Assembly: GCA_017499595.2 (NCBI GenBank)
Contig: CM039003.1
Location: 2,170,001 to 2,234,000 of the forward strand
Direction: 5' to 3'
Source: Psilocybe cubensis
Taxonomy: Eukaryota
Length of the DNA stretch: 64,000 nucleotides
Shown here: piece after piece, positions 1 through 14,669 of the stretch
Position numbering within the stretch: the stretch's first letter is position 1
Layout: each line of letters opens with the position of its first letter
Position numbers and translations under genes: made by a program
The notes under the pieces: model-generated
What the model saw: only the letters and a program-made list of their open reading frames with translations
Database searches by the model: none
Told to the model about the DNA's origin: nothing

Positions 1-3000
1 TCCTCCCTGGATGGTGTCTGCTTCGGAAATGCGAATCGGTCATTTCCAAACCACAAGACATAACAAGGGGCCGATGTCTCGTCCAACTCGTTTTTTGAAA
101 TCACAACTTTCTGCATTGGAGGCTCTTGGAAACTGCGTTTCACAGTCTTGGCTAGCAATTTTGACCGGGCCAAAATATAGTGGAAAGTCTAGCATCGTTC
201 GCACCCTCGCCAATTATTCTGGACACCGGTTGTGCGAAGTTTTTGTAAACAGCGCTACAGACACGATGGACATTCTAGGAAGCTTTGAACAAGTTGACCT
301 GCGTCGGCGCCTGACCACTTTGCTCGACGATCTTGTTGACGTTATCGACATTGATATTCGCTCGATTGCAGGGTCCAAGGTATTATCTAAATACCGACAC
401 GAGGCTTGTGATTTGCGAAATTCTTGCTATACTACTTCAGATCAAGATTTTCAAAGATTGTACCAAAAGGTGGAAACTTTTATTTCCCGGTTGGTTGCCT
501 TGGGGCCGCCCTCAATAAACCAGTACAAGCGTATTTTTACCTCACTTGCCGACCTTTCTTCTTTTTCCAGTATCGGCCAATTTGAGTGGGTAGACGGCCC
601 TCTTATCAAAGCTATGAAATCCGGAGATTGGATTATGCTCGATGGCGCAAACCTCTGCGGACCCTCTGTTCTGGACCGTTTGAATTCTTTGTGTGAAATG
701 AACGGTTTTCTTACACTCAGTGAACGAGGATTTGTCAATGGTGAAGTCCAGGTTGTCAAGCCGCACCCAAATTTCCGGCTATTTATGTCTGTTGACCCCC
801 ATTACGGAGAGCTCTCTCGAGCAATGCGAAACAGAGGCATAGAAATTGCTCTCATTGATGGCCCCATCTCGGATGATCAACAGATTCTCCAAGATCATTA
901 TCGGCTTCCTCGTGTTTTACCCGCCGCCTCTTCAGGGGGTTATATCTCCCAAATTACTTTGTTTGATGCTGTTCGACGCGGCCTTTTACAGGCTGAAGTG
1001 GAAAGGTCACCACTCTTGACATCCACAGGACGGTGCCTCGACCAAGACTCTGCACTTTCGAATTTGCTTGATCAAGCTCCGAATCTCATATTTTCTTCAC
1101 TCCCAATCAACGTTGAAGTACCGTGGATTCCCTTCCTCTCGCGTACATTAGTGCCGGCCTACATACCTTATGTATTGCGATACGTCTCTCATTCTCGGTA
1201 TCAAATGTCCTGTCAACCCATTTTAGTCGACTTCCTCGAAGCATTCCCTCAGCAAGAATTGCGCCATGCTCTTGCGAATATTCGAACATTTTATTTACAA
1301 CGAAAACAAACTTCGGATGCGTTTTTATTGGCACAGGTTGGAATTACTTCTAATTTGCGCGATATCTTCTCATATAGCCTCTTTTCTTTAGCCTATGGAT
1401 TTCTTTTGGATAGAAGGCACTTCGTTCGAAAAGTCGTTTGGAACCCACGGGGAAACGTTGCGTTCCTTGACTTTCGAAATTCTTAGTCTCAGTGCCGTAC
1501 TATTCATTTCTAAGCGAGAAAACCTTGTTGAGATGGACGAAAGAATTCCCCAGAAAGAGAAAAATATTCAAGCACATCACAGTGTGCTAAAGCTTTCACA
1601 ATATATGATCGACATCTCAGAGCACATAATAAAAAGTGCCTCTGTCATGGACTCCGGCGTGGTGGGTTCTAGCATTAACATTACGCTCTCATGACTAACG
1701 TATGACTCTAGGATTCAGTAAAACTGGCGTCTAAAATACTGGGCTATAGAACACATCTCATAGCTGCCCTCAATTCCTCCGCCTACGATTTTTCTGCCCT
1801 GTATGCTGTGTCGAATTGGCTGCTTGATAACCTCAGCAAATCCCCTCCAACATTCGATTTGTTACTTCAGGAATCTCAAACTCTCCACTCTATTGTCTCC
1901 CTCTCCTCGGGGCGTGGTTTGTTTAATTTATGGTCGAACATGTATATTGAGGAAATGTCTGGGACTATTCTCCAAGATGTTAGGCGTACTGATGAAATGG
2001 CATCTTTACTCAAGCAGTCGTCTGATGTCCCTAGTAAGTGTTAGTCCTAGCGACCACAAAACCACCTTTAATTTTTTTGTTAGATCTTCGACGCCAATCT
2101 TTTGATCTTATGAGTATGGAAACATTACCACCGTCATTAAAATCGCCGAAGTCCACATCATTGCTCGGTTTGAAGAAACTTCTCGACGAGGTGCGTTTAT
2201 CTTCTTCTACATATCCGCCAATGTCTCGTGTTTACTCCATTCATAGTGTTTGGTATCAAATTCCAATGCTAGTATCGCTGGCTCGTTTTATATCGAATCC
2301 AATTCCATACTCCTCGAATTATTTATTGTCGCGTCCAGTGCAACGTTGGGTACCGATAGGCAGGTTAGTTAACACATATTATTTGCTGAATTCTATTAAT
2401 TGCATTCTAGCTTGTGATCAGTTCGATGCAACAAATTCTCAAATTAGCCTTCGATAATGCTGGGACCTCCCTACTTCGTTTAGTCCCATATCAGCATCTA
2501 TTATGGTCCCAAGAAGTGGGTGCAGGTAAGCCCTTGGTTTCTATAAGTTGGAAACATGCCTCGATGCAAAATGTCCAGTGTCTGCGGGATTGATTGCCAA
2601 GGCCCAAATCCGCCTTTTAGAAGGATTGTGGGAGGTGCAACCTCATATACCGGTAATCCCTTTCGTATTTTCACTGCCAAAACTACATCTTACTCCTCGA
2701 TCCAGCAGATATCAGGGCCCTCAATCCTCCTACACCCATTCTCATTGTATAAGATAATTAAAACCTGGTAAGTGGGGATAAGTGGGCAAGAGCGTGCTTT
2801 CTTAATCACTTTTTTTAGTGATATGGGGCAAGTTGATTTGTTGTCATTGGCACAGCATGAATATGCTCTTCACCAACAAGGCCGTTTGGTCGTTTTAGAG
2901 TCCAAGCAAAACACCGACCGCGTGGTACAACTTATCCATCTTTTTTTCCAAACGCTTCATATCGTAAGTAACCAGGTGAATGCGTTCTACTTTTTCGCTC

Positions 3001-6000
3001 ATTCGTCATGAAGGTTGCCACCTCTTTCCGCCCTTCGAGCGATACATCTTATGAGTTCATCAAAAATGTTAAAATTGGAAATAGGACACAACTTCTGGAT
3101 TTCCTTCATCAAATGATGTCCTTGTTGCAAACCTCAAGTGACGAAATCTTTGCCACGTCAATTCGCAGACAATTCCTTCCTTTGATGCAACGTATGTCTG
3201 ACTCAACTCCACTGCAAACCCTTGGTCTGGCCTGGATTGGAGTCAGTCGGGTGCTTTCAGACCTTGCAATCCCTGATACCCCAATCGATCCCGCTGTTGT
3301 ACAGAATTCGAAGTACAACTGGATGCGCAGTGAAGAGGAGACCTTAAATGCCTCAATACGTTTGCATCAGCAACTTGAAAAACTGCTCACCGGAAATCAA
3401 GACAACGATGTTTCAAAACATCTAACAGCGTCTTTGGTGGACATTCGAGCTCAGCTTGAAAAGCTACCGATCTTACCCCCTCGTTCCGACATCTCTCGAT
3501 TACACTTGTTTTGGTCAGAGATTGTTCAATTTCAGACAAATGTTCTGTCACATTCCAAGATTGATGCCCTGATCGATTCTTTTATTCAAAGTAACCAAAA
3601 TGCCTCGTTACGCGAACGAGTCACTCAGGAATCTTTGGCTGGGTTTTATCATCGGTTAGATAGTGTTTACCCCGAATTTGCCGACATCAGCATTCTCCTC
3701 AAGCTTTCTATACAATATATGCGACTGGGGCTTAGACTTGTTGCAGAATCAAACTCTTCCTCAGACAATGTCACTCGAACCAAATGGGTCACATCCCTTA
3801 TTTCATTCCCTACAGCTTGCAGCTCCGATCGTATCATCCGTTGCTTCGGCAATGCAGATACTTCACTGGTACCCGCCAGTCATAACACTCTTCTGACATT
3901 GGCAGCTCTTTCTGTGCAGAATTCCCTAGGGATTCAAACAGGTGCTTATTGGCATCTAGTAGAAACAGCGTATGAACAGATTTTGCGGCTTTGGCTCATT
4001 GATCGCGCGAAGGAAAAACAGCAAATCAGCGACGATAGTACCTTGTATCGGAAATCAAAACTGGACCATCGGGCAGTAACAGACGCAGATTTAGAAGAAC
4101 ACGAATTCCTTTCACTGTTTCCCAACTTCGAAAATGTATTTGATGAAGAAACTCGTCAGCAAGATTCCAACTCTACAAGCCACCCTGGCCTCGTTGTGGC
4201 TACAGATATGGAAACTTTGATTCAAATCCATTATAATCTGATGGATTCTCCACACGGTATCTCGAAAGGCACAATGCGTAATATTTTCCAAAAACTACGT
4301 GATTCTTCTGTGCAAAACCTTTTCATCACCTCTTCGGAATCCCTCCCAGATACATTGGACCGCATTAGTTATCCGTTCCAATTCTCACTTCTACGAGATA
4401 GTATGCTGGCCTTGGAATCGAATCACAAAATGGACAGGTTGTCATATAACTTCTACATGGATAGCAATTACAAGGAACTCAAAAGGGCAGCTTCAGTGAT
4501 CCTTGCTCTCAAGCAAAGGCTTGAGGGTATTTTGGAAGAATGGCCTGATCAAATGGTTGTCAAACACTTGATGGAGAGATGTGACGACATCCTCACAACC
4601 TCATCGAAGACATCTGTCGCCAAAATGCTGTCAATGGTCGAGCAAGTTCTCGTGCAAAGCCAGGATTGGGAAATGTATTCGAATAAAGACAATTCTATCA
4701 AATCCAATCAAGAAGAAATAGTTCGTCTTGTAGTGGATTGGAGGAGATTAGAATTGTCCTGTTGGCAATCCCTCTTAGATTCACAGGCCAAAACGTTCAC
4801 AGACGAACTGTCTGAGTGGTGGTTCCGTTTATACGACGCCGTCATCCGAGGTACTCTAGCAGCTTTCAATCAGGATCTAGAGGATCCTGAACAAGCTGTC
4901 AATCGCTATCTCGACACCCTGATACCATTGCTTGACTCCTTCATTACTTCGAGTCCTCTCGGTCAATTCCATGCAAGACTAAAAATGCTCAACAGTTTTG
5001 AAACTTATATCACAAAGATATTGATACACAAGTCCTCGAAAGAACGCACAATCTTGAGTCGTGTGCTCCGTATCCTTCACGCGACTTATGTCTACCATAG
5101 CCTATTTTCGGAGAATCTTCGCAAGCGATTAGCGGATGAGAAGGCGTCATTGGAATCGGAAGTGAAAGCCTTGATCAAGTTGGCGAGCTGGAAAGATGTC
5201 AACGTGCAAGCACTTAAACAAAGTGCTCAAAAATCACACAGACAATTGTATAAGATTGTGAGGAAATTTCGTGACGTACTCAGGCAACCTGTAACGGAGG
5301 ACCTACAAGTGCAGAGTCCCAGTGACTCTGAACACCAAGCTTTATCTATGGAGGCGCCAATAGATTCGTCATCGTCCATGTCCACATCGAGAGTGTCTTT
5401 GAATGGGCGGCTAAAAGGCTTGAAAACGCCGGATTACCTTGTAAACTTGGAAGTCACTTTCGAAAAATATTCCTCCCTAGTCGAAAACATGTTGCGGCCA
5501 GCTGTTCAGTGTCAATCGGCCCATGCGGTAGACTCTTTCGCCGTCGAGATTATCACAACATCTAAAGATCTAGCGTCAATCACTGTGCCACTAAGTCTCA
5601 CGGCACAGGTCCGACAAAAACATCAAAAGGCATTATTAGTCCGAAAAAGAAAGGCTTTCTCAGATATGCTGAAGGCATTGAAACATGCAGGATTAGCCAG
5701 CAATGTGAAACCTGAAATATTGCGCCAAAACTCAAGCCAGCAATGGGTTCGGGAACAGCCAATCTTGAGGCAGACATCGATGATGGATTTGGATATCCAG
5801 AAAGGAAACATGTACTTTGCGAAACTTTGTGGCACATTGCCGGCTTTACGGGCGTTGCTCCCGAACCATCATGCTGATGTTACCACCCGTGAACTCCAAC
5901 GAGGTTTGATGTTTCTTGAGTCTGGTTTCTCTATGGCTGTCGATCTCAGAGCGCGGTATGTCGAAATAGTACGTTGAAATATGTATACTCATATACTCTC

Positions 6001-7051
6001 TTATAGGTTGGCCAACGCTTTGCCTCATCATCAGAAATTGACAGACACCTTGAAGAGATTGCACGCCTTGAAATCTCATACCGACTTAGTTGTCGCTGGG
6101 CAAAACGTTCTTGCACACGTATCTTCTGTTTATGATCTTCTTTCCAAATGCTCGCATGCTCTCTCGGAACTGCGTGATAATGTGATCATCTTCAATCAGA
6201 TCGACCCACCGGATTCTGGCATAGATAATTTTTTACAGCAAGTTTGTGTCCTTGCGTCCAGTACCGATACAATGTGTGAACGGGTATTTCACGTGCTTGG
6301 TTCCCTGAACTCTACTCCCATATCGTTTTTGACTCAGGGTACGTTTGATCCTTTCGGTTCTACGACAGAAGTTGAAATTAACGTTAAATCTAGATGAAAG
6401 CGGGCTTCTCATGGAAGCTCAAAGGCACATTTCCCGGACCCAGGATGCTATCTCTGGATGGCATAGAGAACAACCCTCGTTTGCTCATTTGCTTTTACCT
6501 ATTCTTCAATGGTTATCGGATCAACATATAGTTCCTCTGGACTCCACAATTTCGGGAGCAGTTGCAAATCCAAATCAAATGCGCGTCGATCAGTTCATTA
6601 GTTCACTCCTTGTTAGTGTTCAAGCCATGGTGTCAAAGGTATCATCAAATACGAGCGGCAAAGAAGAAGAAGAAGCAGAAACTGAGAAATATCTCTTTAG
6701 AGGGTATCAGCTCATACGAGATTGCACCCACGTTCTGAATCTAGAGCGTATCAGTAATCAACTAGATGAAGTTTTACGAGGACTATCTACTTCTGCCGAC
6801 CTTCATGACACCCTTGACAACCTTCTTCCCTTCCTCTCAGTATATCTTCCGCTTGTCGCAGACCAACTCTTTTCCCTCAACAATTGGACTAAATCGATAT
6901 TCAAGCTGGACTTTGTTTTGTGTTCGGTTCTCCAAACGCTCTCCCAACAAGGATTTTGTATACCCCCAGAGAGCGAAGGAAGTGAGGCAGGTGGAGAGTC
7001 TTCCAACGTTCCTGGAGTAGGTATTGGTGAAGGATCGGGGACGGAGAATGT
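1..7051 (+). CDS. MDN1: Midasin (Rea1) AAA-ATPase, portion upstream of the transposon insertion (last AAA module plus helical linker); 5' end lies outside the window; multi-exon
   Basis: ORF 11..1486 has Walker A GPKYSGKS, DILGSFEQVD, FEWVDGPLIKAMKSGDWIMLDGANLC..SVLDRLNSLCE and HPNFRLF..GELSRAMRNRGIE, all midasin AAA motifs. ORF 3008..5977 has the linker motifs WRRLELSCW, WWFRLY and LASWKDVNVQALKQSAQKSH. The frame reads GIGEGSGTENV up to the insertion. Confidence 0.96.
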
Positions 7052-7079
7052 TGTCGGAATTTTCAGGAATGCCTTACAA
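7052..7079 (+). repeat. Left terminal inverted repeat
   Basis: TGTCGGAATTTTCAGGAATGCCTTACAA; 24/28 identical to the reverse complement of 14670-14697. Confidence 0.95.
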
Positions 7080-7679
7080 GGCCGAAAAGGCCGGCAAGGC
7101 CCGGCTAGCCTTGTGATGCCTCCCAATCTGAGAGCGTGCCTAAGAAGTAACCGTGATTGACCTTGTAAGGTAGTGGCTTAGAAGTCTATACATGCCTAGC
7201 AAGGCGTAGGGAATAAGATTAGATTAAAAGACCTTGCTAGGTTGGGCTTGATTCAAAGGGCATCTAACAAATTAAAAGGAAGATGAACGCACTGACATAG
7301 TTTCCAATTGATTAGTAGTCAACGATTGCTTTCAGTAGGAATTGTGTTGAAGTCAAACTTTTATGCACTTACCAAGAACCGAACGCCAGACCTTCAAGAC
7401 AAGACAAACCTACCAATAGCATTGTTACCACTAGACCAAACCTCCTTTCTTAAATTATAGTGTGGCGTTAATATGACACCACATTTTCTGTGCTTAGTCA
7501 ACTGATGTAACCGATCGAGTCCAGAGTCGTCTACTCGGACTTCAATTTTTTCAGACAATCTCAATCGTGAGGGCCGTACTATGCATTGAAAAGCAAAGAA
7601 GTAATCAACCAAACACAGTAGTATGTCCGCCATAATGAGATACACCGGAATGCAAAGTAGTCTAAGTACAGCGTGCCTA

Positions 7680-9678
7680 CTATAATGGTGTAATATTAGC
7701 ACGCTTACTAGAGCGTGTGCTCCGTGTTTTGGCTACAACAGTTGCGTCAGGCTGCACAGGGGCCAACCCCTTCTTTCGACCACGTTTTGGCTTGATTACT
7801 GGTGCTTCAAGTGGAGAAATGCTTGTGGAAGCATTAGGAACAGAGACTGTATTGGAAGAAAGGGGAGGGCTTGTCGGAGTCTGAGTCTTCGGAACTGGGA
7901 GAAATACTGGGAGTGGAGCATTGACCGTGGTATTTGTAACATGGAGTGCAGACTCAAAGGCTGCCGGAGTCGGTTCTAATACCAATGATACATAATGGGC
8001 ATGAGCTAAACGCGTGGGAATCAAAAGACAAGTACCTTCGTCAGTATCAGATCTATCTTCAGTAATATCCTGAGTATTAGATGGCAGGTTCCGAGTGCTT
8101 TGTAGTGGCGGCGCAAAGTCTTCTACATCAGAGTCGGTGTCACGGTCTTCCACATTAACGATAGGACCCGGAATAGAAGTTGTTGAACTAGGAGTTATGG
8201 TTGTTTGTCGACTAAAGTTGGCAATCATCTGATAAACCGGATGCGGAGATGGACTTGACTCGGAATCCGACATCCTGGAATGGCTTGATGTAAGGATTTC
8301 CGTAGGCTGCTGTGTAATAGAAGTAGGAATAATGGGTTTTTGGTGTGGAAAGAGAATATTATCCCAATATTTGAACAGTGAAGCGAGTGATGACTGCTGT
8401 GTAATGAGATAATGCTTGTACATATCGTGTTGAGCAAGATAAAGCCTCCCTGTTGTTGGTCCTACACCACTACTGGTAAATTCACGGTCGTCGGATAAGA
8501 TGTATATAGTCTATATTAGTAGTCAATATCTAGCACTCAATTTATAATACATGTAATAACAAATACATACCGCTGTTGCAGACGCAGCTATCAAGCCTGG
8601 TGTTGTACAATTCATACGACTATCAATATGGGCGCTTGGACTATCTTCCCGTGTTCGAGGCATAATCTCCGCCTTTAAGGCCGATGGCCCTAGAAGAATG
8701 ATTCTTGCCGTCTAAACTAGAGTTTTAGCCAGGTATTATGTATTTTCAGAATTAAATATACTGTACCTTCAAAAGAAAATCACTTTTAAAAAGTCCCAAA
8801 GCGTTGTTGGTGTCAGAATCTGCAAATAAAACTGGGGGAAATGTGTGCGCAGTGTCATTGGGATAAATGAGCTTCCAGATTTCCTTCGTTCCGGTCATCA
8901 CTTTTACACGGTCCGATGCACCAAGCAATGTTTGCACAACCGCATGGGAGCTTAGGCCAAAAGACAATGGTGAGGTGAACAGCTCAGATGGAATGTTTGG
9001 GAAAATAGAAGGCGCAGAGGTCCGAATCTTATTTAGTATTGTTGAACGGCCTTCCGACAAGCCTTTAACGAACTATAGAATAAAGATATATGAGCAAGAT
9101 ATCCTAAACTTGGAAAAAAGATATAAAACGCACCACATTAACTGCCATCTCCACATTCTCACTGATAATTGAATGGTACTTTGCTGGAAAGCATTCGTAC
9201 AATTCCGCAATATTGCCAAGCTTGGATGTATTCTCGTCTTTGTACCGAGCAGATGCATTGTTAGAGCTGAACGAAGGCCTGGGATTTCCAAAGAGTGACT
9301 TGGGAACAATAATACGATAGAAAATGAAATGATATTTAGCAAGACGAATAAGGTCCTTTCGGAGAGCTATTTCGGCTGCGCAATCCGATGTGTCAGAGAC
9401 AGCAGGTCGAACAGCGCCTTTTTTGTTGATCAAGCGCATTTTCAAACTTGCGTTTTCCTCTTTAAGCTCCCGGACCTTTGATTCCAGATTAAAAATGGTA
9501 TCTTGCTGGATCCGACACCTCTGTTTCTATTCATTAGAATCTAGAAAATGCAAAAATACATTAAAATATTACTTACTTGCTCAAGCTCGGCCAATGTTGC
9601 TCCACGGAAAAAAGACGCGCCTGAAATGGATGACTCGCCTGCAACGGAGCTTGGAACAATTGACATTGATGAAGACAT
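7680..9678 (-). CDS. Transposon accessory protein of unknown function (multi-exon; N-terminal coiled coil, S/T/P-rich tail with basic NLS-like end)
   Basis: ATG at 9678 (MSSSMSIVPSS..LAELEQ, then gtaagt donor). Inferred exons include ORF pieces 9104..9445, 8752..9060 and 7680..8423, and the spliced motif TTPGLIAASATA..LSDDREF..GVGPTTGRLY. KPKRGRKK lies near the C-terminus. The gene sits between the TIRs. Confidence 0.75.
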
Positions 9679-9949
9679 GACCAAAGAGTTGTACCAGAGA
9701 GGATATGAGTTAGAATATCAGTGCTGCTACTCAGAAAGAAGAAATTTTGTGTCTTTTAAACAGAAAAGTGAGCCGCACCCTTTCCTCATGTTAAGCGCCG
9801 TGCTATAGCCTTGATATAACATCATTTTCCCACTATGTAAAGGATCAAGCTGAAAATTTAATATAACGTGTACAAAACACAAAAATAGAGCACTATGCAT
9901 GCTTGATTACACTCTTTATTGTATTCTGTTTAATATGTAACAACACTAG

Positions 9950-12900
9950 TTATAATAAAACATGTGTAGTTAATTTTATTGATTTTAACCGCCACCACAT
10001 GTCCGGATCAAGTGAATCCATAACAATAAACTCGTTTGCATCATTTCCAAAGTCTGGAATCAGAAGGCCACCGCGTACTATACTACGTACGTCAATAATT
10101 GCAGAGTTTGTTCGCCTTCGGGCTCGTACTCGGAGAAACTCTAAATCTTTATCACGCCTACGTGCCAAATTTGTGCGCTGATCAACCGGTTCATCAAGTG
10201 GCAGAATAAGAGCAAGCGGCCACTCTGTTTTGTCATCTAATGACACAATAAACATGAACAGAAGTTGTGCAAAGCAGTACTTCTGATGATCAAGTGCCAA
10301 AAGGACGTAATCATTTCGTGGCCGCTTGTGGAAACTTTTGCTAACTCGAACCATATCTCTTTGAGCCGACCAATCAATTTCCGACTGATAATGAATTCTT
10401 GCAAGCTCAAATGGTGTAATCTGTTACACAAGTAAGTTTTGACATGAAAAATAAATAATGCTTAAATTGTTCTTGTAACTCTTACCTTATGATTGGCTTT
10501 TAATCGGATAGTACTTCCAGAAGCTGCTGCAAGGTATTTTCCTGTTTTAATCCGGAAGCGTTCAAATGCCATGTTCTCTTTGAATTGTTTTTCCACATCG
10601 GCAAATGTGATTATTGCTTGAAGTGACCCAATTGAAATGTGACTTTGAGCTCTTTTCTCATTACTTGATCCTGTTAAATGTCAATTTAATAACATTATAC
10701 ATGTACAAACAAATAGACCGTTACCCAATGAATTTCCAAGATTGGAAACTTGTGGTGTAGATATAAGTGATTCTTCGCCGTCCTCTTTGGGCATGTCAAG
10801 ATCATCAATAGCATTGATATCCATGCGAATAATCATTGCAATAAGATCATCGTGGTTCATTTTTAATATCTGTTAGAAGCAAATTTACTAGATCAGACAA
10901 ATAATATTGTACACATGAATTAAAGCACATTCCTGTGGCGCCACATCTTTGAAATTGGTGTGAAAGCGGTACCAGAGCTTAAGCAAGCCATGTGCCTTTT
11001 CATTGGGTTTAGTATTAGAGTTCCGAGTTGCACCTTTTGCAACAATATCTTGAATCATATGGACATGTGAATGGATTTTAGGAAAATTCCAATTTTTGTC
11101 TGGATGGAGTTGAATATATTCCTGGAAATTTTATTGTTGAGAGAATTAATTGGGTCTACATATGAATTGGAGAATGCCTTACCTCAAGAATAGAACAGAA
11201 CTTTGCAAGTTCTTTTTGTAACCCATGTAATGTTGTACTGCTATGAATAATCAAAGATGAATACATATCCAATTCTACAAAGCTTCGCATAAGCTTGAGC
11301 AGACAATATCCACGGTCTGACTTCTCTAGAACATTATGAGATGCATAACAAATGATCTAGAAATCACAGATATATTATATTCACAATTAGTGTCTAAAAA
11401 ATGCATGTGTACCTTTGCTATATCTTCATATTTTGTTCCATCTGCAAATTCTCCTGTCTTAATTATAGATGCAAAGTGATTAAGACCACTCCATCGAGGA
11501 ATTTGATCAAATCTATAAAAGCATAAACCTTATTATTACTTATCCATCAAGAGGTTATATTATCAATGCTTACTGATTGTCAATAATCTCAGCATCTTTC
11601 CTTCCAGAGCTATCAATAATAGCCTTAAATTCTGACCATAAATGATCAGAAAATAGTCCACCATGGTATGCATGTAGTCGATCCCAGGAAAGAGCTTTAT
11701 ATACATCACTCCCATTCATCATCCAAAATACATTCTGTAGGAAATATTAATCAAGAATAATGACATATATAATGCACTATACCTCTACATTTCGTAATCC
11801 ATATTCTTTTAAATAATTCTCCTTATCTTTAGCTGTAAAATTTTGTGCCTCTGTATATATGTGTTTCATTTCTGCTGATGTTCGATAAGGGTATACCGTG
11901 GTAAGATTTGATAAATTTTCCTTTGGAACCAAGCATACAGGACACGGAAAGTTGCTTGTAGCACCACGGGTTAGGGCCATAACACATCTATAAAATAGGC
12001 GCCCAACAGTTTCATTTACTATAACAATTATATTGAAGTAAACTATTACTTACTGCTCTTCATAATCCGCTGATAAAATCAAAATAAAGAAGAATAGCCA
12101 CCGGACAATGTTGTCTGCACACTGTGCATAGTATCCTGTTGTGGCATATTCTTGAACGGACTTAAGAATTTCGTGGAATCCTTTGTGCCAAACAATACGC
12201 TTGAAGTTTACAAAAATTTTCTTTCCTGACTCGCCAGCATCTTCATCAACCTAGAAATCCATATTTGGAGTTTAATACTAAAAAAATTTATAACATTTAG
12301 AATGCTTACAATAGGCAGCCATCCAACTAGGATTCCCCCACCAATACCATCACTGTTTCGAAGATTTGCTGGAAGATTTGCACAGCGAGCAAGCACTGGA
12401 TATGCCTTTGCAGTACCAAAGGTGGATAGCCGAGTTTTGTCTGCATATAGGATAATAAAAAATGGTAATGCACCATTGGGAAGAAGGTTCTAAAGCAGAG
12501 TAGGATGATAAGTATTCTACATTTGTAAAAAGAAAAATATATACATCTACCTGGATGCTCCACCATTCATTTGCAGTCCATGGTTCTCCAATCAACCGGT
12601 CTCGTTTACCGTCATTTTGTTTATAATGCCTTTCAGCAATCCAATGAAACTGTGAAAGTAGAGAAGGATTCTGAAGAAGACTATTGCACCACTCAATTAG
12701 TGGCCGGATATACACTTCATACCCAATTTCATCATTTTGGTATGGTACAAGATATTCCTTTTTCTGGAACTGTACTCCATAGTATTAGTTAGTACAACTA
12801 CAAAATAGAAAAAATATTACGCACTCCAGTTGAACGGTAGCTACGAGCAAGCTCCCAGGTCTTCTCAAGCTCTGATACACTGTCAATTGTAAACTGCTCT

Positions 12901-13611
12901 GGCTTTTCTTTGATTCTGTCAATAAGGGTTAATAAAATCTGCTTTTGCTGCCTATTCATATGTGAGCTAAGTGCAAGTTCTGCCACTTCGAAGTCAAGAC
13001 GTGTCCTAAATGGATGCCACGGGTTGGTACTGGTAGAATGGGGTGTTGGTGACGTTTGATAGGAATTTGGATTATATTGGTGTGTAGGAATGAATTTTGG
13101 TGGCATATTTGCACTTGGATGAAATTCAATGCAGATTTGATGTGGAAGCGGTGGGGGCAAATGATTATTTGAAATTTCATCAAGCATTTGAAGTATAGAG
13201 GATTGATTTGTGACTGGCTCAATTGAATCTTCCGGCTCCATTGAAAGGGAAATATGATGACCATTTAGAGAATCCTGTGTCTCCATTTGAGCCATATCTA
13301 TAGCAGAATAAGAAGCGGTTGTAGAATCCTCATTTGGTATAGCTGGAGAGTGGCTAATAGCAGCATTTAAAATTGATGTATAATGTAGAGAGTCTGTATG
13401 AGTTTTGAATGGTAAATGTCAATAATTAGATTATACACTATGACATACTATTTTCATAAACCCTATTTGCAAAATCTCCAAAAGCATTCTGTGCATCCAG
13501 ACTTGGTGTTTTGCCACTACATGATCGGATATGTTGAGCAATGCCTTGGATGCTAAACATCTTGTTGCATATTGGGCACAATTGGTCCTTTGGCTGGCGG
13601 CGGTTAGCCAT
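9950..13611 (-). CDS. Plavaka transposase (multi-exon, N-terminal C2HC zinc finger)
   Basis: Starts MANRRQPKDQLCPICNKMFSIQGIAQHIRSC. Motifs read from the exons: WHPFRTRLDFEVAELAL, IGEPWTANEWW, IILYADKTRLSTFGTAKAYPVLARCANLP, LILSADYEEQ, FPCPVCLVPK, SWDRLHAYHGGLFSDHLW, IPRWSGLNHF and WNFPKIHSHVH..KGATRNSNTKPNEKAHG. These match the fungal Plavaka transposase pattern. Confidence 0.88.
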
Positions 13612-14669
13612 GTCTTTGAAAGTAAAGAAGATATCAGAAAGAGGAGCAGATAAAGAATTAAATATGATCCAACTGCTTTTATACTATTTTACCAGCATCT
13701 AATATAGAGTGTGCTGGAGATTATTCGTCTCATAGGCCCTAGTTTCATCATTCTGCTGCGCTACATCACTAAGCTACCATAATCAGTTCATCAATTTAGT
13801 CTGCCAGAACATGTATTCTAGTAACCATCTATCAAAATATGTCATAGTATCCAGCACAAAGGTCTTTAAGAGGTTAAAGATTCTCATTGTTGATGATTAA
13901 GGCAGTACTACCATAGTTGTACAGTGCAATATGCATGCAACATACAACAATCAACACCGAGTTACAATGCATCAACTTATGAGATATCAGTCAAATCATT
14001 CTTTCCCATGTATCATGTTCAAAATTAGTCTCTCTTCGTGTGGAATTACTGATTATCCACCGTACCCTAGATTATTTACCTTTGTAGATAGCATGTGCTA
14101 CATAAACAGTTACTTTGGTGAAGACGTAGACGATGTATGTGATTTTCTTCTAAGTCCACTGTGTCGCGTGATCCATGTGACATTCTTCTCACGGCCGTGA
14201 CCCTTTGCTTACTTGTGCTCTATGGCGCACAAACTGCAGGGATATTGACACAGCACTAAAAGTACATAAAATAAAGTGTAAATGATCCACAATGACGTAG
14301 AAAATTGTCCAATTTGATATATCTATACTGACCATCCCTTGAATGCCTGACAACTTTGCACTTGCTGTGTATGTGTGTGACGTTAGTCACAGTCAAGTTG
14401 TAAGGCCTCGTATGGTTGTAATATGGATCAACTTCAACTTCAGTAGGTTTCTTACGGTAGCTTGTACATTTAGCACTCACATTTTCTCAAAATAAATACG
14501 CATTTGGTCCTCTAAATACATTCTATAAATCATTTTCATTTGCCCCTCTTTACAAGTGAGTGACACATGACTTCTATATTTATCTAATCCAACGCAAGGC
14601 AAAAGTCGGCATTCTAAGAGAGCCGAATCACATTAGAAGCCAAATTTTGGCCTAATCTAGGCCCCATCA

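Noticed and set aside
7052-7160. C-terminal VGIFRNALQGRKGRQGP.. of ORF 6345..7160 as genuine midasin sequence
   Set aside because: It is read-through into the transposon's left end; the midasin frame continues at 14698.
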